A stretch of DNA of 64,000 nt, taken from assembly GCA_049840735.1 (NCBI GenBank), contig JASGJN010000002.1, forward strand, positions 96,001 to 160,000. Reading direction: 5' to 3'. Both the position numbers and the translations under genes were made by a program. The notes below the pieces were generated by a model, which was not told the DNA's origin, made no database searches, and saw only the letters and a list, made by a program, of their open reading frames with translations. Every line of letters starts with the position of its first letter. Position 1 is the stretch's first letter. Positions 1 to 10,443 of the stretch are shown one piece after another. The DNA comes from Anaeromyxobacter sp. (lineage in GTDB: Bacteria > Myxococcota > Myxococcia > Myxococcales > Anaeromyxobacteraceae).

Positions 1-1567
1 CCTTCACCAGCGCCTCCGACTCCGCGTCCAGCGCGCTGGTGGCCTCGTCCAGCAGCAGGATGCGCGGGTCCTTGAGGACCGCCCGCGCCACCGCCAGCCG
101 CTGCCGCTGCCCGCCGGAGAGCTGCTGGCCGCGCTCGCCCACGCGTGTGGCGTAGCCCTCGGGGAAGGCGCTCACGAAGTCGTGGGCGTGGGCCGCACGG
201 CAGGCCGCCTCCACCTCCTCGCGGCTGGCCCCCGGCCGCCCGTAGCGCACGTTCTCCTCCACCGAGGCGGAGAAGAGCACCGGCTCCTGCGGCACCACGC
301 CGATCTGCCCGCGCAGCCAGGCCGGGTCGAGCGTGCGCAGGTCGCGCCCATCCAGCAGGACGGCCCCCTGCCCCGGGTCGTAGAGCCGCCCCAGCAGCGC
401 GCCGATGGTGGACTTGCCGGCGCCGGACGGGCCCACCAGCGCCACCACCTCCCCCGGCGCGATCTCGAGGCCCAGGTCGGCCAGCACCACCGACTCCGGC
501 CGCGACGGGTAGGCGAAGCGCACGCCGGAGAAGGTGATGCGCCCCTCGCAGCGGGCCGGTCGCTCGCCGCCGGTGAGCGGCATGGCCGGGGCGCGATCGA
601 TCAGCTCCAGCACGTGCTCCGCCGCGCCCAGGCCGCGCATCACCTCGGCCCAGAGGTCCGCCAGGGCGCCCAGGCTCATGGCCACCAGCAGCGTGTAGAC
701 CAGGAAGGCCGTCAGCGCGCCGGCGCTGAGCTGCCCGCGGCCCACCAGCAGGCCGCCGTAGCCCAGCACCGCCGCGACCGCCGCGTACACGCCGGTGGAC
801 GCGCCGCCCATGAAGCTGGCGCCGGCCAGCGCCCGCCGCCGCGCCGCCTCGTAGGCCTGCGCCACCGCCCCGCCGAAGCGGGCCACCTCCGCCTCCTCGG
901 CCACGTAGGCGCGCACCGTCCGGATGGACGAGAGCGACTCCTCCGCCACGTGGCTGGCCTCGGCCAGCGCGTCCTGGTAGGCGCGGGCCAGCGCCCGGAC
1001 CTTGCGCCCGTACACCACCGCGCCGATGGCCACCGGCGGCACCACCAGCAGCATGAGCAGCGTCAGGCGCGGCGAGGTCACCACCAGCAGGGCCAGGCCG
1101 CCCAGCGCGGTGATGGCGTGGCGCAGCGTCATGGAGAGCTGGCTGGAGAGGAGCCCCTGCAGGCTGGCCGCGTCGGCGCCCAGGCGCGAGACCAGGTCGC
1201 CGGTCCGGGTGGCGTCGAAGAAGGCGATCTCCTGCGCCACCAGGCTGCGGAAGAGCCGCTCGCGCACCCGGCGCACGCCGCGCTCGCCCGCCAGCGAGAA
1301 GAGCACGTGCCGGCCCGCCACCGCCGCGCCCTGCACCAGCGCCAGCGCCCCCAGCGCCACCGCCACGCGCAGCAGCCACCCGGGATCGCGCCCGGCGATG
1401 GCGCCGTCCACGATGGCGCGGATGCCCTGCGGGTAGACCAGCGACAGGCCGGCGCCGATCACCAGCAGGCCGGTGGCCGCCGCCAGCCGCGCCCGCTCCG
1501 GCCGCAGCAGCGCCAGGATGCGCCGCGCGGTGCGGGCGCGCCCCGGCCCGACGCTCAGCCCCGCCAC
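1..1567 (-). CDS. ABC transporter permease/ATP-binding fusion (MsbA/TAP-like), 3' end runs off the window
   Basis: Minus-strand translation gives hydrophobic TM segments, Walker A GPSGAGKST, signature LSGGQRQR and Walker B ILLLDEATSALD; GTG at 1567 overlaps the metF stop. Confidence 0.9.
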   Translation of the reverse strand, partial: MAGLSVGPGRARTARRILALLRPERARLAAATGLLVIGAGLSLVYPQGIRAIVDGAIAGRDPGWLLRVAVALGALALVQGAAVAGRHVLFSLAGERGVRRVRERLFRSLVAQEIAFFDATRTGDLVSRLGADAASLQGLLSSQLSMTLRHAITALGGLALLVVTSPRLTLLMLLVVPPVAIGAVVYGRKVRALARAYQDALAEASHVAEESLSSIRTVRAYVAEEAEVARFGGAVAQAYEAARRRALAGASFMGGASTGVYAAVAAVLGYGGLLVGRGQLSAGALTAFLVYTLLVAMSLGALADLWAEVMRGLGAAEHVLELIDRAPAMPLTGGERPARCEGRITFSGVRFAYPSRPESVVLADLGLEIAPGEVVALVGPSGAGKSTIGALLGRLYDPGQGAVLLDGRDLRTLDPAWLRGQIGVVPQEPVLFSASVEENVRYGRPGASREEVEAACRAAHAHDFVSAFPEGYATRVGERGQQLSGGQRQRLAVARAVLKDPRILLLDEATSALDAESEALVK

Positions 1568-2457
1568 GGCTCGCTCGCCCGCAGGGCCGAGACGATGGCG
1601 CGCGTCGAGGGGGAGCGGTTCAGCGTGTAGAAGTGCAGACCGGGCGCGCCGCGGCGCAGGAGGTCGGCGCACTGCAGCGTGGCGTAGGCCACGCCCAGGT
1701 CGCGCGCGCCTTCCAGGTCCTCGCGCCGGACCTCCATGGCGGCGCGCAGCGGCCGCGGGATGGAGGCGCCGCACATGGCGGTGAAGCGCTCCACCTGCTC
1801 CACGTTGGCGATGGGCATGATGCCGGGGACGATGGGCACGGTGATCCCCGCGGCCCGCGCCCGCTCCACGAAGGTGAAGTAGTGGGCGTTCTCGAAGAAG
1901 AGCTGCGAGACCAGGAAGTCCGCCCCGGCGTCCACCTTGGCCTTGAGGTTGCGCAGGTCCTGGGCCAGGTCGCGCGTCTCCACGTGGCCCTCGGGGTAGC
2001 AGGCGGCGCCGAGGCAGAAGCGCCAGCGCTGCGGGTGCGCGCGGATGAAGGCCACCAGCTCGCCGGCGTGGGCGAAGCCGTCCGGGTGGGGCTGGAAGCT
2101 GGACTGGCCGCGCGGCGGATCGCCCCGCAGCGCCAGCACGTTCTGCACGCCGGCCTCGGAGAGCTCGTCCAGCACCGCGGCGATCTCGTCGCGGGAGGCG
2201 CCCACGCAGGTGATGTGGGCCATGGCCTCGACCTCGGTCTCCCGCTTGAGCCGCTTCACCAGCTCGACGGTGCGCGCGCGGGTCGAGCCGCCGGCGCCGT
2301 AGGTGACCGAGACGTAGGCCGGCCCGAGCGGGCGGAGCCGCTCCACGGTCTCGAACAGGGCGGTGACCCCGTCCTCCGTCTTGGGTGGGAAGAACTCGAA
2401 GGAGAAGATGGGCTCGCCCCGCTCACGGGCGAAGCGCAAGAGGTCGGTGATCCGCAC
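1555..2457 (-). CDS. metF: 5,10-methylenetetrahydrofolate reductase
   Basis: FSFEFFPPKT, VSVTYGAGGS, LALRGDPP and HFYTLN motifs in the C-terminal part of ORF 1555..4614. Confidence 0.95.
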   Translation of the reverse strand: MRITDLLRFARERGEPIFSFEFFPPKTEDGVTALFETVERLRPLGPAYVSVTYGAGGSTRARTVELVKRLKRETEVEAMAHITCVGASRDEIAAVLDELSEAGVQNVLALRGDPPRGQSSFQPHPDGFAHAGELVAFIRAHPQRWRFCLGAACYPEGHVETRDLAQDLRNLKAKVDAGADFLVSQLFFENAHYFTFVERARAAGITVPIVPGIMPIANVEQVERFTAMCGASIPRPLRAAMEVRREDLEGARDLGVAYATLQCADLLRRGAPGLHFYTLNRSPSTRAIVSALRASEPWRG

Positions 2458-2544
2458 GCCGGGCGAGATCAGCCCGCCGGCGGCGCGCTGGCCAGCCTTC
2501 ACCGGGTTGACAGGCGGCCGCGGCGCGGCGATGGAAAGGGCGCC

Positions 2545-3030
2545 ATGACGCGGCCTCCCCGCTACATCACCCCCGAGGGCTTCCGGCGGCTCGCCGCGGA
2601 GCACGAGCGCATCTGGACCGCGGACCGCCCGCGCATCGTGGCCGAGGTGGAGGCGGCGGCGGCGCTGGGCGACCGGAGCGAGAACGCCGAGTACATCTAC
2701 GGCAAGCGCAAGCTGCGCGAGCTGGACCGCCGGCTGCGCTTCCTGTCCGAGCGGATGGACGCGCTCACCGTGGTCGAGCCTCGCCCCAACGACGGCGGGC
2801 GCGCCTTCTTCGGCGCCTGGGTGACGGTCGAGGACGAGGACGGGGCCGAGCGGACGTACCGGCTGGTGGGGCCGGACGAGTTCGACGCGGCGGTGGGGCT
2901 GATCAGCGTGGACGCGCCCATCGGCCGCGCCCTGCTGGGCAAGCGCGAGGGGGACGTGGTGGTGGTGCAGCGGCCGGCCGGAGCGGTGGAGCTGACGGTG
3001 GTGGCCATCGCCTGGACCCGCGGGGGCTGA
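2545..3030 (+). CDS. greB: Transcription elongation factor GreB
   Basis: YITPEG, GDRSENAEYIYGKRKLRELDRR, ISVDAPIGRALLGK. Confidence 0.95.
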   Translation: MTRPPRYITPEGFRRLAAEHERIWTADRPRIVAEVEAAAALGDRSENAEYIYGKRKLRELDRRLRFLSERMDALTVVEPRPNDGGRAFFGAWVTVEDEDGAERTYRLVGPDEFDAAVGLISVDAPIGRALLGKREGDVVVVQRPAGAVELTVVAIAWTRGG

Positions 3031-3075
3031 GGCGCGGGCGCCCGCCGGCGGCCGGGCGGTGCGCATCTTCTCGGG

Positions 3076-4773
3076 GTGCCGGCGCGCAGGCGGTCCAGCC
3101 AGGGGCAGCGGGCGCGGCGCGCGGAGCGGCTGGCCGACGCGGCGGGGCTGGCCATGCGCGCCCTGCTCAGGCCCATCGCCGGCCAGGGGCGCTTCCGCCC
3201 CGGGCCCCTGCCGGGCGGCGCCCGCCGCCTCCTGCTCATCCAGCTGGACGGCGTCTCGCTCGGCCGGCTGCGCGAGGTCCTGGCGGCCGGTCGGCTGCCT
3301 GCGCTGGCGGCCCGGCTGGCCCGCGGCAGCCACGCGCTGAGCGGCTGCCGGAGCGGCCTCCCCTCCTCCACCCCGGCCTACCAGGCCGGCCTGCTCTATG
3401 GGCGCTCCCCTGCCGTCCCCGGGTTCATCTGGTGCGACCGGCGCACCGGGCGCGAGGTGCGCATGGACCGCGCCGCCGACGCGGCCGCGCTGGAGCGGTC
3501 GCTGGGCAGCGGCGGGCGCGGGCTGCTCCGCGGCGGCACCAGCTACTTCTCCATCTTCTCCGGCGACGCAGCCGTCCCGCACTTCTGCCTCTCCGGCCTC
3601 TCCGGCGAGCTGGACCTGGGCTGGTTCGAGCGCGAGCTGGGCCCGTGGGACGCGGCGGCCTCGGCGCTGGTCCACACCGTCACCGCCGGCCGCGCCGCGG
3701 TGCGGCTGGCCCACGAGGCCGGGCTCGGGCTGGTGGACGGCCTGCGCTGGGTGGCGCGGGTGCGCCGGCTCCGGCACGAGCCGCGCTTCCTCCTGCACCG
3801 CGTCTTCATCTCCTCGGTGCTGCGCGAGCTGGCCATCCAGGGGATCCTGCTGGACGTCTCGCGCGGCCTGCCCGTCGTCTACGCCGACTTCCTGGGCTTC
3901 GACGAGGCCGCGCACCGGCGCGGCCCGGCCTCGGCGGCGGCGCTGCGCCGGCTGGAGGCGGCCGACGCGGCGCTGGCCACGATCTTCGCCGCGGTCGAGG
4001 CCGCGCCGGGGCTGGGCTACGACGTCTTCGTGCTCTCGGACCACGGCCACGTGCCCACCACGCCCTTCGAGGCGCTGAGCGGGTTGGCGCTGCCGGCGTT
4101 CGTGGGCCGCGCCGAGCGCGGCGAGCCGCTGCCGCGGGGGCCGGCGCCGCTCCGGCCCAACCGCGGCCTGCTCGGCGGGCGGACGCTGGGCGGCGCGCGC
4201 ACCGAGGGGATCGCGGTGGCGGAGGCCGGGGCCCTGGCCCACGTCTACTTCCTGCGCGAGGGCCCTGGGCCGCACCCGCTGGACGTCCTCCGGGCCCGGC
4301 ACGGGCGCGTGCTGGCGGCGCTGGCCGGCTCGCCGGCGGTGGGGCTGGTGGCGGCGCGCGGCGGGCAGCGCGGCGTGGTGCTGGTGGGCGGCGGCGCGCT
4401 GGCGCTGTCCGACCCGGCCGACGTGGCGCGGCTCCCCCACCCCGAGCCGCGCCTGCTGGCCACCTACCTCTCCGACCTGCTCTCGCTGGAGTCGGCCGGG
4501 GACCTGGTGGTGCTGGGCTGGCGCGGCCCGTGCCACCGCTCGGTGGCGTACGCCTGGGAGTTCGGCTCGCACGGCGGCGCGGCACCGGAGGAGCTGGACG
4601 CCTTCGTCCTCCACCCCGCCGCCTGCCCGTTCCGCTTCGACCAGGTGCTGCGGCCGGCCGAGCTGAACGCGTTCTTCGAGCAGGCCTACCGCGGCCCGGC
4701 GGAGGAGGCCCAGCGCGAGCGGGCCCGCCGCGCGCCGCCGTCGCCGGAGGCTGCGGCCGAGGGGCTGCCGTGA
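3076..4773 (+). CDS. Alkaline phosphatase superfamily / type I phosphodiesterase protein
   Basis: IQLDG, PSSTPAYQ, DEAAH, LSDHG and SHGG metal-ligand motifs. Confidence 0.8.
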   Translation: MPARRRSSQGQRARRAERLADAAGLAMRALLRPIAGQGRFRPGPLPGGARRLLLIQLDGVSLGRLREVLAAGRLPALAARLARGSHALSGCRSGLPSSTPAYQAGLLYGRSPAVPGFIWCDRRTGREVRMDRAADAAALERSLGSGGRGLLRGGTSYFSIFSGDAAVPHFCLSGLSGELDLGWFERELGPWDAAASALVHTVTAGRAAVRLAHEAGLGLVDGLRWVARVRRLRHEPRFLLHRVFISSVLRELAIQGILLDVSRGLPVVYADFLGFDEAAHRRGPASAAALRRLEAADAALATIFAAVEAAPGLGYDVFVLSDHGHVPTTPFEALSGLALPAFVGRAERGEPLPRGPAPLRPNRGLLGGRTLGGARTEGIAVAEAGALAHVYFLREGPGPHPLDVLRARHGRVLAALAGSPAVGLVAARGGQRGVVLVGGGALALSDPADVARLPHPEPRLLATYLSDLLSLESAGDLVVLGWRGPCHRSVAYAWEFGSHGGAAPEELDAFVLHPAACPFRFDQVLRPAELNAFFEQAYRGPAEEAQRERARRAPPSPEAAAEGLP

Positions 4774-5561
4774 GCCTGCGCGTCCTGAGCTGGAACGTGC
4801 ACGGGCTCAAGGGCGCCGACGGCCGGCGGGACGCGGCGCGCGTGGCCGAGGTGATCGCCGCCGCGGCCCCGGATCTGGCTGGGCTGCAGGAGGTGGGGGC
4901 CCCGGCGCTGCCCGGCGGGCACGCCGACGCGGCGCAGGCCCTGGCCGAGCTCACCGGCCTGGAGGTGGCCTTCGGCCCCACCCTGCGCGACCGCCGCCAC
5001 GGCTTCGCCTACGGCAACGCCATCCTCTCCCGCCACGCCATCGAGGCCACGCGCAGCTACGACCTCTCGGTGCCCGGGCGCGAGCCGCGCGGCTGCCTCC
5101 GCGCCGACGTGGCGGTGGCCGGGACGCGGCTGCACCTCTTCGCTGCCCACCTGGGCCTCCACTGGCGCGAGCGGCGCCGGCAGGCGGCGGCGCTGCTGTC
5201 CGCCGACATCCTGCGCGACGCCGCGCTGGCCCACCCGCTGGTGCTGGTGGGCGACTTCAACTCGCCCTCGCACCGCTCGGCCGTGCCCCGCTGGCTCCGG
5301 CGCCAGCTCTCCGACGCCGCGCTGGCGGCGCGGAACGAGGCGCCCACCTTCCCGGCGCGCTTCCCGCTGCTGCGGCTCGATCACGTCTACGTCAGCTCGG
5401 CGCTGCGGGTGCTGGCGGTCGAGGTGATCCGCACGCCGCTCGCCCGGCGGGCCTCCGACCACCTGCCGCTCCTGGCGGTGCTGGAGCTCACCCAGGAGGC
5501 CCGGCTGCCGCCCGTCCCGCGGCCAATCGAGGCGGCCGGGGTGAGCACCACGCTGCGATGA
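4770..5561 (+). CDS. Endonuclease/exonuclease/phosphatase family protein
   Basis: LSWNVH, LQEV, GNAILS, GDFN, RLDHVY, SDHLP; GTG overlaps the upstream stop. Confidence 0.9.
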   Translation: MSLRVLSWNVHGLKGADGRRDAARVAEVIAAAAPDLAGLQEVGAPALPGGHADAAQALAELTGLEVAFGPTLRDRRHGFAYGNAILSRHAIEATRSYDLSVPGREPRGCLRADVAVAGTRLHLFAAHLGLHWRERRRQAAALLSADILRDAALAHPLVLVGDFNSPSHRSAVPRWLRRQLSDAALAARNEAPTFPARFPLLRLDHVYVSSALRVLAVEVIRTPLARRASDHLPLLAVLELTQEARLPPVPRPIEAAGVSTTLR

Positions 5562-5649
5562 CGCGCTGCCCGCCGGGGGGTCGTTCGCTCCCGCGCGGAT
5601 GCGCAGCCTGTAGCTCGGACCCGGCGAGACGGGGCGGGAGGAGACCGAC

Positions 5650-5940
5650 ATGGCGATGAGCTGGAAGGCGGCGCGCAAGCTGCTGGACCGCGACGAGGTG
5701 CTGCGGTCGATGGGGCTCGAGCGGCGCTCGGAGACGGGCGACTTCTTCACCGGCCTCGGGCTGTTCTCGGTGGGCGTGCTGGTGGGCGCCGGCCTGGGGC
5801 TGATGTTCGCGCCCAAGCGCGGCGAGGACATGCGCTCGATGATGACGGAGGCCTGGCGCAACCGCGCCGGACGCGGCCGCCAGGATCTGCAGACGCCGCT
5901 CGGCGCCGAGGCCGGCATCCCGCCGGCCGCCGGGCACTGA
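5650..5940 (+). CDS. YtxH-domain small membrane protein
   Basis: GVLVGAGLGLMFAPKRGEDMR motif; GGAG Shine-Dalgarno upstream. Confidence 0.8.
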   Translation: MAMSWKAARKLLDRDEVLRSMGLERRSETGDFFTGLGLFSVGVLVGAGLGLMFAPKRGEDMRSMMTEAWRNRAGRGRQDLQTPLGAEAGIPPAAGH

Positions 5941-5945
5941 GGGGA

Positions 5946-6611
5946 CTACTCCTCTTCCGGCTCCGCGGCCGGACCGGCCTCGGGCGCCTCTTCCGGCGCC
6001 TCGGCCACCGCCGCGAGCCGGGCCCACAGGGCGTCCGTCCCCGTGCCCTCGACGGCGGAGAACGGGACGGCGTCCCCACGGGCCAGCCCCATGACCCGCT
6101 CCACGGCCCGGAGCGCGCCGGTCCGCTTGCTCTTGGCCAGCTTGTCCATCTTGGTGGCGGCCACCACCACCCGCCGGCCGTTGGCGCGCAGGAAGGTGGC
6201 GGCGTCCTGGTCGCTCTCCGAGGGCTCGTGGCGCGCGTCCACGATGAGCACCACGGCGCGCAGCACGTCGCGCTCCTTCAGGTACCCCTCGATCATCGAG
6301 GCCCAGCTGTCGCGCTCGGCCTTGGAGACCTTGGCGTAGCCGTAGCCGGGCAGGTCGCAGAGCCGCAGCGCCCGGGGGCGCGCGGCCGGCGTGGGCCGGT
6401 AGCTCACGTCGAAGAACTGCAGCGCCCGCGTGCGGCCCGGGGTGGTGGAGACGCGGGCCAGCTTCCTGCGCCGCGTGAGCGCGTTGAGCATCGAGGACTT
6501 GCCCACGTTGGAGCGGCCGACGAAGGCCACCTCCGGCGCGGGGCCTTGAGGCCACTCGGAGGGCTTGGTGGCGGTGCGGCTGAAGGCTGCGGACACGAGC
6601 TGGATGGGCAC
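5946..6611 (-). CDS. engB: Ribosome biogenesis GTPase YihA/YsxC (EngB)
   Basis: GRSNVGKSS, PGRT, DLPGYGYA, TKMD. Confidence 0.95.
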   Translation of the reverse strand: MPIQLVSAAFSRTATKPSEWPQGPAPEVAFVGRSNVGKSSMLNALTRRRKLARVSTTPGRTRALQFFDVSYRPTPAARPRALRLCDLPGYGYAKVSKAERDSWASMIEGYLKERDVLRAVVLIVDARHEPSESDQDAATFLRANGRRVVVAATKMDKLAKSKRTGALRAVERVMGLARGDAVPFSAVEGTGTDALWARLAAVAEAPEEAPEAGPAAEPEEE

Positions 6612-6628
6612 TCGGTGCTCCGGGGGGG

Positions 6629-7156
6629 CTACGGGCGGGCGGGCTTGGTGGGCGCCGCGGGCTTGGCGGGCGCGGCGGGCTTGGCGGCAGGCGGCGCGGC
6701 CGGCGCCGGGGCGCGGCGGGCCTCGCGCTCGCGCGTCCAGTGATTGATGAGCGGGAGCTTCCGCGCCGGGTCGAACTTGACCAGGCTGGGGGTGCTCTCG
6801 CCGTGGCAGGCCAGGCAGCTCTTCGGCCCGACCTCGGCCAGCCCCACGGCGCGGGCCAGCTCGCGGTCGCGCATGACGTAGGCGGCCGAGTACCGCCGCC
6901 CCGGACCGTGGCAGGCCTCGCAGGTCACCGCGGCCAGGCCGTCCTCGGCGTCAGGGGAGTGGCAGACCTGGCAGCGCGCGTCCTTGCGCTGTGCGTCGGA
7001 GAGGCCGTCCATGGCCCGGGCGTGCGGATTGGCCTTCCAGGCCTCGTAGGCGGCCGGGTGGCAGGCCTTGCAGGTCTCGGGTCCCACCTTGTCCCCTGTG
7101 GCACGGGCGGACAGGGCGGCGAACAGCAGCAGCGCTGCGAGCGAGGGTCTGGTCAC
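6629..7156 (-). CDS. Secreted tetraheme c-type cytochrome (c554-like)
   Basis: Signal peptide plus four CxxCH motifs (CKACH, CQVCH, CEACH, CLACH); Pro/Ala/Lys tail; start approximate. Confidence 0.85.
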   Translation of the reverse strand: MTRPSLAALLLFAALSARATGDKVGPETCKACHPAAYEAWKANPHARAMDGLSDAQRKDARCQVCHSPDAEDGLAAVTCEACHGPGRRYSAAYVMRDRELARAVGLAEVGPKSCLACHGESTPSLVKFDPARKLPLINHWTREREARRAPAPAAPPAAKPAAPAKPAAPTKPARP

Positions 7157-7178
7157 GCGCCCCGGAGTATAATGTCTC

Positions 7179-7679
7179 ATGCGCTCCGTCCAGCTTGCCC
7201 TCGCCCTGTGCCTGGCGCTCGGCCCGTTCGCCGCCCAGGCCCGCGCCTGGAAGGGCATCAACCCGGGTCAGGCCACCCAGGCCGACGTCGTCGAGCAGTT
7301 CGGGCAGCCCACCAAGAAGACCAAGGCGGGCAGCCGGACCGTGCTGGCCTACTACGGCGAGCAGGCGCTGGAGGGGACCAGGCAGGCCCAGTTCCACCTC
7401 GACGCCAACGGCACGGTCCAGGAGATCACCGTCTTCCTGACCGCCGAGCGCGCCCTCGACGCCGACTCCATCGAGGGCACCTACGGCAAGGCGCCGCAGA
7501 AGACCTTCGTCGAGGATACCTTCCAGAAGGTGTGGCTCTACCCGCAGCAGGGCGTGACGGTCTACTTCGGCAAGGACGGGATGGTGGAGGCCCTCTCCTT
7601 CTCGCCCGGGAAGGGCAAGCCGGCCGTGGCGCCGGCCGCGGCGGAGGCTCCCGCCGAGCCGGCCGCCGGGACCCACTGA
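7179..7679 (+). CDS. Secreted hypothetical protein
   Basis: Signal peptide ending ARA-W; codon usage typical of the window. Confidence 0.75.
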   Translation: MRSVQLALALCLALGPFAAQARAWKGINPGQATQADVVEQFGQPTKKTKAGSRTVLAYYGEQALEGTRQAQFHLDANGTVQEITVFLTAERALDADSIEGTYGKAPQKTFVEDTFQKVWLYPQQGVTVYFGKDGMVEALSFSPGKGKPAVAPAAAEAPAEPAAGTH

Positions 7680-7686
7680 GCACCGC

Positions 7687-8322
7687 ATGCGCGTGATCGG
7701 GCTGACCGGCGGCATCGCCACCGGGAAGAGCACCTTCGCCGCGCTGCTGCGCGAGCGAGGAGCGGCGGTGATCGACGCCGACCAGCTGGCGCGCTCGGTG
7801 GTGGAGCCCGGCACGCCCGCGCTGGGGGCCATCGCCCGCGCCTTCGGCCCGGAGGTGCTGCAGGCCGACGGGCGGCTCGATCGCAAGAAGCTGGGCAGCA
7901 AGGTCTTCGCCGACCCGGAGCAGCGGCGGCGGCTCGAGGCCATCACCCACCCCGCCATCCGCGAGGCCATGGCCGACGAGACCATGCGGCTCGCGGCCCG
8001 CGGCGCCACGCTGGCCTTCTACGACGCCCCGCTCCTCTACGAGGTGGGGATGGACCGTGCGCTCGACGCGGTGGTGGTCGTCTGGGCGCCCCCCGAGGTG
8101 CAGCGGGAGCGGCTGGCCCGCCGGGATGGGCTCAGCCCCGCCGAGGTGGAGGGGCGGCTCCAGGCGCAGCTGCCCATCGACGAGAAGGCGGCCCGCGCGG
8201 ACCTGGTGGTGGAGAACACGGGAGACCCCTCGGCGCTCGCCGAAAAGGCGGACCAGCTGCTGGCCGACCTCCGCCAGGGCCGGGGGCGCAGGCTTCCCAA
8301 CGCGCTCCCCGTGCGTTATTGA
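7687..8322 (+). CDS. coaE: Dephospho-CoA kinase
   Basis: IGLTGGIATGKST, IDAD, LEAITHP, DAPLL. Confidence 0.95.
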   Translation: MRVIGLTGGIATGKSTFAALLRERGAAVIDADQLARSVVEPGTPALGAIARAFGPEVLQADGRLDRKKLGSKVFADPEQRRRLEAITHPAIREAMADETMRLAARGATLAFYDAPLLYEVGMDRALDAVVVVWAPPEVQRERLARRDGLSPAEVEGRLQAQLPIDEKAARADLVVENTGDPSALAEKADQLLADLRQGRGRRLPNALPVRY

Positions 8323-8330
8323 CGCCGGGA

Positions 8331-9459
8331 ATGGGGGAGAGCGCGCGCGTCCACTTCGTCACCGGCTACCCGGGCTTCATCGGGCAGCGGCTGGTGCGGA
8401 AGCTCGCCGAGCGGGACGGCGATCGGCTGGTGCTGCTGGTGCAGCGCGACCGGCTCGACGCCGCCCGGGAGCACCTGGCCGAGATCGGCGCACCGCACGC
8501 CGAGGTGGTCGAGGGCGATGTGCAGCAGATGCACCTCGGCCTGTCCGGCGCGGAGTGGAAGGGGCTCGCCGCCGAGGTCACCGACGTCTGGCACCTGGCG
8601 GCCCGCTCCCGCCTGGGCGCGGCGCGCAGCGAGATGCGGCGCGTGAACGTCGAGGGCACGCGAAACGTCATCGAGCTGGCCGAGGCGGCGCCGCGGCTGC
8701 AGCGGCTCAACCACTTCTCCAGCGCCTACGTCTCCGGCAACCGGGTGGGCGTGATCCTCGAGGACGAGCTGGCCATGGGCCAGCGCTTCCACAACGCCTA
8801 CGAGGAGACGAAGTACCAGGCCGAGCTGCTGGTGCGGCGGGCCCAGTCCACCCTGCCGGCCACCATCTACCGGCCCAGCATCGTGGTGGGGGACTCGCGC
8901 ACCGGCGAGATCGACCGCTTCGAGGGGCCGTACACGCTGGCCATCCTGATGGTGGCCTCCCCGCTGGCGGTGCCGCTGCCGCTGCCCGGCGACGCGGTGG
9001 CCCCGCTCAACGTGGTGCCGGTGGACTTCGTCATCGACGCGGTGACCACGCTGGGGCGGCTGCCGGCGGCGGCGGGGCGGACGGTGCACCTGGTGGATCC
9101 GGCGCCGCTCTCGGCGAGACGCGTGTACGAGATGATCGCGGCGCGCGCGGGCAAGAAGCTGGCGCCGGTTCTCGGTGCCGGCGCGGGCGTTCCAGGCGCT
9201 GCTGCAGCTCCCGCTCGTCGAGCGGCTGTCGCGCACCCACCGGCCGGCCATCGAGTACGTGAACCACCTGGCCATCTACAACTGCCGGAACCTGATCGAG
9301 CTGCTGGACGGCACCGGGATCCGCTGCCCGCCCATCGGCAGCTACCTCGACCGGCTCATCGACTTCGTCCAGGCCAGCTTCGAGCGGCGCCGCGACGAGG
9401 AGCTGGCCCAGCTGGCCGGTGAGCCGGACGATCCACTCGACCCGCGCCCGCCGGCGTGA
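8331..9459 (+). CDS. Extended SDR / NAD-dependent epimerase-reductase; apparent +1 frameshift near 9169
   Basis: VTGYPGFIG, HLAA, YEETK, RPSIVVG; the C-terminus continues in ORF 9175..9459. Confidence 0.8.
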
Positions 9460-9548
9460 CGCGCTGCGGCGGGGGCGCTGCGCGGCGGGGCGTGCCCAGC
9501 GCGCCCGCCAGATTCATGCTAGGCAGGGGCCCGATGCCGACGGAGCAC

Positions 9549-9956
9549 ATGAAGCGCCTGCAGGACTTCAAGGCGGGGGACACGTTCGAGTACGTGCGCG
9601 AGGTCGATCCCTACCGGCCCGTGTACTACGCCGGCGCCTCCGGGGACTACAACCCCATCCACCTCGACGCCACCGTGGGCCGGGCCGCCGGCTACAACGG
9701 CGTCATCCTCCAGGGCATGTGCACGCTCTCCTGGCTCTCCGACGCCTGCGTCGGCTACCTCGGTGACCCGGCCCGGCTGCGGCGGGTGCGCGTCCGCTTC
9801 ACCAAGCCGGTGCAGGTAGGCGACGTGATCCGGTTCCACGGTCGGTGCACGGCGGTCGAGGGCCAGTCCATCCGGCTCGAGCTGTCGGCCACCAACCAGG
9901 CCGGCGAAGAGGTCCTGAAGGGCGCGGTGGCCGAGGGCCACGTCGCGGCGGGGTGA
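9549..9956 (+). CDS. MaoC-family dehydratase
   Basis: YAGASGDYNPIHLD hydratase motif; GGAG upstream of the ATG. Confidence 0.9.
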   Translation: MKRLQDFKAGDTFEYVREVDPYRPVYYAGASGDYNPIHLDATVGRAAGYNGVILQGMCTLSWLSDACVGYLGDPARLRRVRVRFTKPVQVGDVIRFHGRCTAVEGQSIRLELSATNQAGEEVLKGAVAEGHVAAG

Positions 9957-9959
9957 GCG

Positions 9960-10436
9960 GTGGCCATCGACAAGCGACACCTGGGCCGCCGCTACGGCCC
10001 CTACCGGTTCGTGGTGGCGGCGGAGGCCATCCGCGACTTCGCAGCCGCCACCGGCGGCGGCGTGCCCGGGCGCGTCTTCGGCGACGTGCCGGAGCACGCG
10101 CATCCGTGGAGCTGGGACGCCGAGGCGGCCAGGGCGTCGCCGCACGGCGACCTGGTGGCCCCGCCCACGTTCGCCACCGTCTTCGCCATCGAGCCCTTCG
10201 CCCGCGCCGTGCGGGACCCCGAGCTGGCCGTCAACGTGCTGCGGCTTGTGCACGGCGAGCAGGCCTTCGAGTTCCTGGAGGTGGTCCGCCCCGGTGACGT
10301 GCTGGAGACCACCGGCGAGATCACCAGGGTGCAGGAGCGCGGCTCCCTCGACTTCCTCGAGGTCACCACCGAGACTCGCAACCAGCACGGCCGGTTGGTG
10401 GTCCGCGGCGTGTGGACTGCGATCGTCCGGAACTGA
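9960..10436 (+). CDS. MaoC-family (HadA/FAS1-type) hot-dog dehydratase partner
   Basis: APPTF and LVHGEQAFEF..VRPGDVL motifs; 3 nt after the MaoC gene. Confidence 0.85.
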   Translation: MAIDKRHLGRRYGPYRFVVAAEAIRDFAAATGGGVPGRVFGDVPEHAHPWSWDAEAARASPHGDLVAPPTFATVFAIEPFARAVRDPELAVNVLRLVHGEQAFEFLEVVRPGDVLETTGEITRVQERGSLDFLEVTTETRNQHGRLVVRGVWTAIVRN

Positions 10437-10443
10437 GGGATCG

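Noticed and set aside
1555..4614. 1019-aa MetF fusion
   Set aside because: The N-terminal part is antisense to greB and the phosphatase gene; MetF similarity starts at 2457.
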